Below are positions 54,255-64,000 of a stretch of 64,000 bases of DNA, piece after piece. Within the stretch, counting starts at the first letter, position 1. Every line of letters starts with the position of its first letter. The position numbers and the translations under genes are program-made. Under the pieces are notes generated by a model. It saw nothing but the letters and a program-made list of their open reading frames with translations, ran no database searches and had not been told where the DNA came from. Source of the DNA: Octopus vulgaris (taxonomy: Eukaryota); NCBI GenBank assembly GCA_951406725.2, contig OX597814.1, positions 15,686,001 through 15,750,000 of the forward strand. The letters run 5' to 3'.

Positions 54255-54507
54255 TGATAAAAACGGTAAGACAACAAAAGAAAGAAAGAGACCTCAATAT
54301 TATGTAAATAGAGGAATTTATCTGTAAATGTAATATGTGACAATTATTAGGTAGCCATGATAAAACTCCGAGTTCTGGATGCCGAGGTGGATTTTTTCAT
54401 AGCATTTTTCCGATGGCCGGATAAATGAAGAGATCGCGGCGTAGTTTTCCACCTCGGCATCCGAAACTCGGAGCTTTATCATGGCTACCGAATAATTGTC
54501 TCATATT
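54255..54507 (-). mobile_element. Second, diverged Penelope pLTR fragment, tail-to-tail with the previous element, with its own short fold-back
   Basis: 54255-54325 is a near reverse complement of 54113-54185. Segments 54335-54391 and 54447-54507 are inverted copies of each other. Confidence 0.75.
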
Positions 54508-54620
54508 ATATATATATATACTCTTTACATGAACACCACCCTGTACTTAACTCCATGTCCCCCTACATGGCCTTGCTATTTGCTTTTGAGCCAAATTAAC
54601 TAACTAACTAACTAACTAAC

Positions 54621-54704
<84 letters not shown>

Positions 54705-54709
<5 letters not shown>

Positions 54710-54976
54710 GTTGTCCGGAAAGTTCGTGCCGATTTTTAAAGGAAAGAAAAAGGTCAATAAATACTTGCCATTATATTTTTAATCAACCAAATATGAACCA
54801 TTTTCTTGCATAATGCGTCTCCATCTTTCCTTTAACTTAAAAATACCCTCTTCCCAGAATTGACGTGGTTTCATGGCAAAGAATTCACCAAGGTATCTTT
54901 TTACGCCATCCAATGAATTGAAATTTTTACCGTTAAGACTATTCTGCAGAGACCTGAATAAGTGGAAATCCGAAGT
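54705..54976 (-). mobile_element. Mariner transposon 3' fragment (transposase C-terminus plus TIR)
   Basis: SDFHLFRSLQNSLNGKNF..GIFKLKERW..NGSY, with terminal ttgggttgtccggaaagttc next to TA. Confidence 0.85.
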
Positions 54977-54978
54977 TG

Positions 54979-55482
<504 letters not shown>

Positions 55483-55899
55483 TTGTAAATTTTCGGATAG
55501 CAACGGCCATGTCATTTGCTGGAAGTGTAGAGTGGATGAGTTCTACGTAAAGGGAATAAGTAGGCGGTAGGTTAGCGCGACCAGAGATTAGGGATGACTG
55601 CAAAGTTGGAGGAATTAGGAGTTGTGGTGGGCGTTCTTGGTGTGTGATTACTAGAGGAGAATAGTTATGGTTGGAGTGAGAGTTGGTGGGTTTAAAGGAA
55701 ACGAAAGAGAATAGAAATTAGGAAATTTAAGCAGGAATCACAGAAGGATGTGAAATGGAGGGAAGAAGAACGAAGCTGATGAGAAAGATTAAGGAGCTTA
55801 GTGTTTCACTGGAAAAAGAGGTAGCGCCGGTACTGACATTATTATGACTGTATATATCTAGTGTGCAACCACTGAGCTAGGAAGATATTTAGGACTCAA

Positions 55900-56373
<474 letters not shown>

Positions 56374-56656
56374 ATCCAACAACTAAGTTGGCGTTTCTTG
56401 GTTTATTTTTGCTTCCATGGACACCCTAGTGATTTTGTGAGTGGAATTTATTTTAAAATGTTTAATAAGTGGTTTGGGCTTAGAAGATATGATTTCATAT
56501 ATTTCTGAGGTAGAAAGTTTGCAAGACACTTTTGTTTTCATTATTTACATTATTTTCATTTGACGGATATTTGTACTCATCTTGTTTGTTGTTAACGCAA
56601 CATTTCGGCTGATATACCCTCCAGCCTTCATCAGGTGTCTAAGGTATTTTTCGATG

Positions 56657-56888
56657 AAGGCGGTGAGCTGGCAGAAACGTTAGCTCGTCGGGCGAAATGA
56701 TTAGCGGTTTTTCGGCTGCCGTTACGTTCTGAGTTCAAATTCCGCCGAGGTCGACTTTGCCTTTCATTCTTTCGGGGTCGATAAATTAAGTACCAGTTAC
56801 GCATTGGGGTCGATGTAATCGACTTAATACTTATGTCTGTCCTTGTTTGTCCCCTCTATGTTTAGCCCCTTGTGGGCAATAAAGAAAT
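56657..56888 (+). mobile_element. SINE family C, full length
   Basis: Target-site duplication aggtatttttcgatg. Confidence 0.88.
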
Positions 56889-56920
56889 AGGTATTTTTCG
56901 ATGTTATTATTATTATTATT

Positions 56921-56960
<40 letters not shown>

Positions 56961-57545
56961 CTATTATTATTCAGGTCACTTCCTGGAATTGAACTCGGAA
57001 TCTTAGGGGTAGTAGCCCGCGCTCTTAAGCGTCAAATATAAATAATGTAAATAATGTACATAATTCCTCATCTCTTAAATATAGAACTGTACTTTTTTTG
57101 TTTTGTTTGATATTTTTGGCATATGAAATATTTCCTAGGAGATATCTAGGATATCAGAATTTTTTAAATTTCCATCTAAATTCCTATAATGAATATGTAT
57201 AGTTGCTAAATCAATTTTTGGAGAAGTTTGCACTGAATACAATATTTGAAAACGTCTTTGATCGTGTGTATCGAGGGGAAGATTTTAATGGAAAAGTTGA
57301 GTGCAATGAGGTTTAAGGAATGGTGAATGAATGATGAAAATGATTGATTGATTGGTATGAACTGTAGTACAAGAACATATTTGTTACATTTGTTTTCCAT
57401 GACAATTCCTAAGAGAGAGAGTATGAGGTTTTTCTTATGGTCGCAGTTATTTGAATGATTATCAGCTCTTGGTTGGGTTTTGCATAGATAAATCGGCTTT
57501 TAGTGTAGAAAGTTATGAGTGAAGTGACAATAAATATATTTATTA

Positions 57546-57942
57546 GTAGCAGTATCGCCCGGCGTTGCTCGGGTTTGTAAGGGAAATAACTATATAAGCA
57601 TTTTTAGAGAGTTATAGCCAAAAAATAGCAAAAAAATACATTAAAAATGGAAAAAAATTATGGTAAATTTTTTTTTTAATCGTTGACTCATCGTAGACAT
57701 TTTTAGAGAGTTACTTCCCTTATATAATAGTGAAAAAATGCATTAAAATGGAAAAAAATGATGGTAAATTATTTTTAAAATCGTAGACTCATCGTAGACG
57801 CGCGCTAATACCCAGAAGGGCTCGATATGAATCACGACTATAAGATACCCGGTTTTGGTTAAACTGCACCGCAAAATGTGGGAGTAGTTAGGAATCTAAA
57901 TCATAGGAGTCAGACACACAACTTGACTTTTATATATAAAGA
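57546..57942 (-). mobile_element. Non-autonomous Helitron
   Basis: Near-identical to 4683-5081. Confidence 0.8.
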
Positions 57943-57943
57943 T

Positions 57944-58164
57944 TTACTCTTTTACTCTTTTACTTGTTTCAGTCATTTGATTGTAGCCATGCTGGAGCAC
58001 CGCCTTTTAGTCGAGCAAATCGACCATAGGACTTATTCTTTGTAAGCCTTGTACTTATTCTATCGGTGTCTTTTGCCGAACCGCTATGTTACGGGGTCGT
58101 AAACTCACCAGTATTGGTTGTCAAGCGATGTTGGGCGGGGAGACAAACACAGACACACAAACCT

Positions 58165-58212
<48 letters not shown>

Positions 58213-58375
58213 GACGGGCTTCTTTCAGTTTCCGTCTACCAAATCCACTCACAAGGTTTTGGTCGGCATGAGACTATAGTAGAAGACACTTGCCTAAGGG
58301 GCCACGCGTAAGGACTGAACCCGGAACCATGTGGTTGGAAAGCAAGCTACTTACCACACAGCCACTCCTACGTCT
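57944..58375 (-). mobile_element. SINE family A
   Basis: Full-length copy. Confidence 0.85.
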
Positions 58376-58664
58376 ATTTTTTTATTGCGTTAAATGATAT
58401 TAGTGAAAGTTTTATCCTCTGTTTATATGTCGGAATACTGTCTCCTGTAAACAACGAAAGCGACAAATTTCGACAAGGCATATGGTTGCTGGTACACTTC
58501 ATTGACAAGGTACGAAAGGCTGAAATGCATCCTGCGTTCTTGCCAGCAGCTGCCGATACATTTCGTCTCCCTCCGATATATATCATGTTTTTAACATTAT
58601 TCGTCTACAAGAAAATTCATATCTCGGAAAAAACCCCACAGGATTTTACCTGTCAACGGTATAT

Positions 58665-59023
58665 ATGGAAGCACTCCGTCGGTTACGAGGACGAGGGTTC
58701 CGGTTGATCCGAATCAACGGAACAGCCTGCTCGTGAAATTAACGTGTAAGTGGCTGAGCACTCCACAGACACGTGGTTCTTGGGGATATTCAGCGTGACA
58801 CAGAGAGTGGCAAGGCCGGCCCTTTGAAATACAGGTACAACAGAAACAGGAAGTAAAAGTGAGAGAAATCTGTGGTGAAAAAGTACAGCAGGGATCACCA
58901 CCATCCCCTGCCGGAGCATCGTGGAGCTTTAGGTGTTTTCGCTCAATAAACACTCACAACGCCCGGTCTGGGAATCGAAACCGCGAGTCCGCTGCCCTAA
59001 CGACTGGGCTATTGCGCTTCCAC
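58665..59023 (-). mobile_element. SINE family B, tail type 1
   Basis: Near full-length; flanks aacggtatatat and aacagtatatat. Confidence 0.85.
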
Positions 59024-60684
59024 TAAACAGTATATATATGTTAAGTATAAATACATAGATTGATTTTTTAATGCTGTTTTTATGATATTTGTGGTAAGGT
59101 AGAAAATGTTTTTGGAAAAGATACGAAAAAGTTTTCCGAAAGAAGTTTTTAGTTCTAGGATATAAGGTGGATTACATACCAGATTATGTTTCCTTTACTA
59201 TTTCTGGTCTTTTGCTGTTAGAGTTTTGCTGTTTTCTTATGTTAAATGATTATAAACTAAAAATATTTTTATAAGACTTTTAATACAACATATATTTGTA
59301 AGTCATACAAGCTTATATACCCACACATATAAACATTCAAATATTTAAACAAGTAAATTTATACATCTCAAACATACATCTCTGCTTAGACTCCAGCGTA
59401 TTTTTAAAAATAAAACGTTTTCAGCTTTCAGCTTAATTAGTTATATAAACTAATAGTTTGAACATCTTCTCAGTTCATCTTCACACTTGACTGATTACTG
59501 ATCTCTGTTCATTTAACTTCTTTATATACATAAATATATTTTTTTTATTCATTCATGCTGATTTTTATTTATTTTGGGTTTTTTTGTTTTGTATATATTT
59601 GATCTATGTTTTCTCTTCTTTCTTCACCTTGTAATGTTTGTTCACCTGTTTGACTTCTCGGATCTACATTAAAATTTGTTATTTGACCTTTGGCCTTCTG
59701 ATCAGATTTCTGCCGCCAATAAAAATTAAAATCTCTTCTGTTGTACATTTAACATCAAATGTACATTACTACCTAATTATTATCTTCGTTTAATAAGTCT
59801 TTTCTGCTGATAACGTATATAAAAGCAAAAAGTAAATTTTTCTTCACTTGTTAACACAAGCGTTCACATCGCTCTCTCAAATGTAATATTTATTCACATT
59901 GTTTTGAATTAATCATGCAATATCTTGTAGCTTCGAGATTTCAATGTGACTGTTTATATTTAGAATGACAATGTAGAGTACGTATGGCTGGTCTGAATAT
60001 GGAACAAGTAGAATATTTAAGGTTGATATAGTTAGTTTCAATGCGAAAGTTGAAGTCGCAATCAAAAGAAATTTTATAGTAAATTTGATTCTACTCTCAG
60101 CATTGGGTCCCCCCATCAATAAATAGACTGATGTTATTTCTGAAATTTGATTTAAAAGAATAATCCCACTTATGTGTGTCTGTGCCTGTGTCTGTGTGAA
60201 TGCGTGTATGCATGCGTGCATGTTGTTTAATTCTAGATCAGCTTTAAACAATCACATACATAGACTAAGAAATGACGTGTGTGAATGCGAGAAGATTATC
60301 ATCATGTGGGATGACGATATGTAGAGAGATTTACCATCTAAAGAGCTGAGGAGCTAGGTGGGAAGGAGAGAATTTGGAGAAGTAAAGAGCGTAAGAGACT
60401 TGTAATTAAACATTTAGATAATCCATTTAGGTAGTTGAAAATGAGAAAGGTAGAGAAAATAAAAATGGAGACTGTGGGAATGTTATCTTAAATCTTTCAG
60501 AGAGTAAAATTTTCCTGTTCTCTCCCAACCAGTAAAAGCACTAAAATATTTTTTAATCGCAATATTCGAAGCATTTGTAGAAGATAATAATTTTCCCTTG
60601 TTTAAGTTGTTCATAAAATTATTGTTGTGTTTTTCTAACTCATTGCTTCAGACAACACAGTTTTATAACTCATAACGAAATATG

Positions 60685-60693
60685 ATTCTTCTT

Positions 60694-60782
<89 letters not shown>

Positions 60783-61145
60783 TATTATTCCTCTTCTTCT
60801 TCTTCTTCTTCTTCTTCTTCTTCTTCTTCTTCTTCTTCTTCTTCTTCTTCTTCTTCTTCTTCTTCGTCTACTTCCATTTACATTTATCTACCTATCTCTC
60901 CCTCTTTTCTCTCTTTCTCCCACTTTCTCTCTCTTTCACTTCCTCTTTATCGCTCTCTCTCTCTCTCACTTCCTCTTTATCTCTTTCTCTCTCTCTCTCT
61001 CTCACTTCCTCTTTATCTCTCTCTCTCACTTCCTCTTTATCTCTCTCTCACTTCCTCTTTATCTCTCTCTCACTTCCTCTTTATCTCTCTCTCTCTCTCT
61101 CTCTCCCTCTATTTATCTATCTATCTATCCATCTATCTATCTACC
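60685..61145. repeat. (CTT)n/(ATT)n plus a CT-rich minisatellite (cacttcctctttatctctctct units)
   Basis: Directly visible. Confidence 0.9.
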
Positions 61146-61671
61146 TTTACATCTCCTCGCAATAGACAATCTATTAATATATGGTAATTTATAATCACTT
61201 CAATTTTTATCAGAGTTTAATTCACTTTAACAGGTTTTATCTCATCATCTCTATTCCATTAACTTTGTCTTTTACAACTATCATTATATAATCTAATTCT
61301 ATCATTAAAAATACTAGTAATTATCAACATAAATTAAACAGATTAAATAACAACCACCTCGTAATGAAGATATCTCTAAATAGAGATTATGTTATTTTCT
61401 TTAACATTATTCATCCCATGTTATCTGTATTTTATTTTCTTACCGTTCTTCAGGTTATCTTAGATAATTTTAAAATTTTAATTCTTTCTATTTCTTCCAA
61501 ACACTTTAGATAATGATATCATTTTTAAAAAGTGATATCTTTAAATTTTCAGTTTAAAAGTTTATACTTACGTTGGACTATTTTGTACTCGATGCGAAAA
61601 AATTATCTATATCCATATCTTTTTAAAATTCTGTTTGTGTTCTACGATATCAATGTATATATATATATATT

Positions 61672-61723
<52 letters not shown>

Positions 61724-61741
61724 CACACATATATATAAGTG

Positions 61742-61773
<32 letters not shown>

Positions 61774-62167
61774 TGTATGTATGTATGTATGTATTATGTA
61801 CGTACGTAGTTCGAAAATTTAAAACATCCTGGCAAAGCGGAAGGAAAACTATAGCCGATTTATTCTCTATTTAGACTGACTCTTCATGCATACACATACA
61901 TACACACACAAGCACAAACATACGCACACAAATATATGTTCACAGAAATATGTTCATATTTATAAATAATTAAGATTCAGTTGAATTTAGGTTCTTAAGT
62001 TGAGGTACCAAGTCAGTCCGGTTTGGTCCACACAGTGCGAAGTAAGGTGAATAAAAAGCAAGTAAGTAACAAGGATGTCTATTTGCTGTTTATATTTATA
62101 TATCGTAAGGAAGATAAAATTGCACAACTTTGCTAAAAAAGTTATATTCCTAATATACATACATACA

Positions 62168-62222
<55 letters not shown>

Positions 62223-63805
62223 CAAATAACAAAGCAAATATTTTCATATTTAGTTCATCGCAATCCTTGAGCTACTCAACGGGAAGCAGGGGTCTTTATT
62301 TGAAGCACCTTTTAAAAGAAGTTACAGTTTACCGCACTCGTCTTTATAAGGAAACACGTTATTCACAGATATTAATAATCAAACTTTAAGCACGGTTCAT
62401 ATTTCTTAATAGATTGCTTAATCTTGCCGATCCACTGTTGCTCTGTAATTGACTTTGAATATTATAAATTAGAAATATTTAAAAATTTAGCTAGGTTCCT
62501 GCTCGTATTGCTACAGGTCAATTTGACAAAATTTTTCTGATGTCTTCAGAACTGATTTGCTCTCTGTGTCCTGTCAGTCATTTACTCAATGACAATTCGG
62601 TTTGTCAGATGTAATTTTCCAGAAACAAGTTATTGTATAAATTAAATTTTGAGAGGTGCAAGTAAAACGTTTTTTTACTTTAAATATTTAATCCTCCTAA
62701 AACTTGAACATAGTTCAATCAAATAGATGTATGTAGTTTAATTTAGTTTTTCACATTTTACAATCATGTTTATTAACTTTGTGTTGTATGTGTATATTTT
62801 TATGCCAAAAGTTGACTTTTGCATTTGGTGTTTTGTCTATTTTTTGGAAGCGCTTTCCTATCCGATTTCCGCAAAAAATAGGTCAGTAAAGATATAGTCA
62901 AATAGACACATAAGATACCTTTCTGGCAAATTTTGTCTTCGTTTTTCATTTTATTCTTCTTATATCGTGAATATCAACACGTTTTGCTCGTTTTATTCTA
63001 TTTATAGTTAAACTTAGTAGAATATCTCGTAGTGGAAATATTTTTCATTTTTGTGGGTTTCGATACCAATGTCTAAATTCTTTTTGCTAGGTTGAATAGA
63101 TTGTCCCTTCTTGTATGCTTAGGATTACGAAATGTGAAGAAAAGATATTGCTTTTAATCTGTGGGCTTACACTAGAAAAATATTTTTATCTTCTCACCTA
63201 CTTTCGTAATTAAAATTTGTAAAAAGAGTAGCCCCTTCCCGTTGAAATCCACCGAGAATATAATGCTATGATTTATGCGTTTTTCAGGATTATTCTGCCT
63301 TTAAATAAAACAGTCATCTAGATATCGTTTTCAGTTGATGCCAATGTGTAAAATTTGTGAAACGTGTTTCCAAATATTAATAAAGATTTATCACAAATTT
63401 TATTCTCATAGTACACATCACTAAATTGGTGTAAATAGGAGCTGCAGCCATGTTCATTGCAGTTCCTAGTATTTATCATAATTCTTTGTGGTTGTTTTCG
63501 TTTTCATATTAATTATTATTTTTTAACATTTAAGTGCAATTTCTTTATATTCAATAATACCGTATCATTGAAAACAACAGTATTACCTTTATTGTATCCT
63601 TTAATTGTAATCCCAATGTCTTTTTTAAATCGTTTAAATTTTCTATTCTTCTTTTGATAAATTCGATATTATAGTCTAATTTTCAATTATTTTAATACAC
63701 AAATTCATAATATATTCACAATAAATGCCAAGTTATTTATTCCTTCTTTCCATTAGGTACAAAATAAGTCTTCATTTCTAGCTGGTTAGAACTTTGAGCA
63801 GTAAA

Positions 63806-64000
63806 CTCTCTTTACTCTTTTACTCTTTTACTTGTTTCAGTCATTTGACTGCGGCCATGCTGGAGCACCGCCTTTAGTCGAGCAAATCGACCCCGGGACT
63901 TATTCTTTGTAAGCCCAGTACTTATTCTATCGGTCTCTTTTTGCCGAACCGCTAAGTGACGGGGACGTAAACACACCAGCATCGGTTGTCAAGCAATGCT
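63806..64000 (-). mobile_element. SINE family A, cut by the window end
   Basis: 3' half only. Confidence 0.8.

Overview
AT-rich, microsatellite-saturated animal genomic DNA. The repeat content (three tRNA-derived SINE families, (TA)n/(CA)n/(AAT)n/(GATA)n tracts) suggests an octopus genome; this is inference. The only host coding sequence I can support is one exon (23170-23602, +) of a two-pore-domain K+ channel (K2P/TWiK type), ending at a phase-1 GT donor inside the TIGYG pore signature; I found no next exon in the following 40 kb. The rest is repeats: dozens of SINE copies, a nest of about seven R4/Dong-like RLE non-LTR retrotransposon copies in (AAT)n tracts (25-34 kb), Penelope-like fragments in (TA)n tracts, non-autonomous Helitrons, and RTE, CR1, mariner and probable hAT relics. 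Most notable are several minimal hammerhead-ribozyme folds in the Penelope-like fragments (some with a CCGA core variant, some as mirror pairs on both strands), and an unrecognised two-hairpin motif with compensatory changes shared by two otherwise different fold-back elements. Most ORFs in the supplied track are microsatellite or SINE artefacts. All coordinates and pairings were read by eye.
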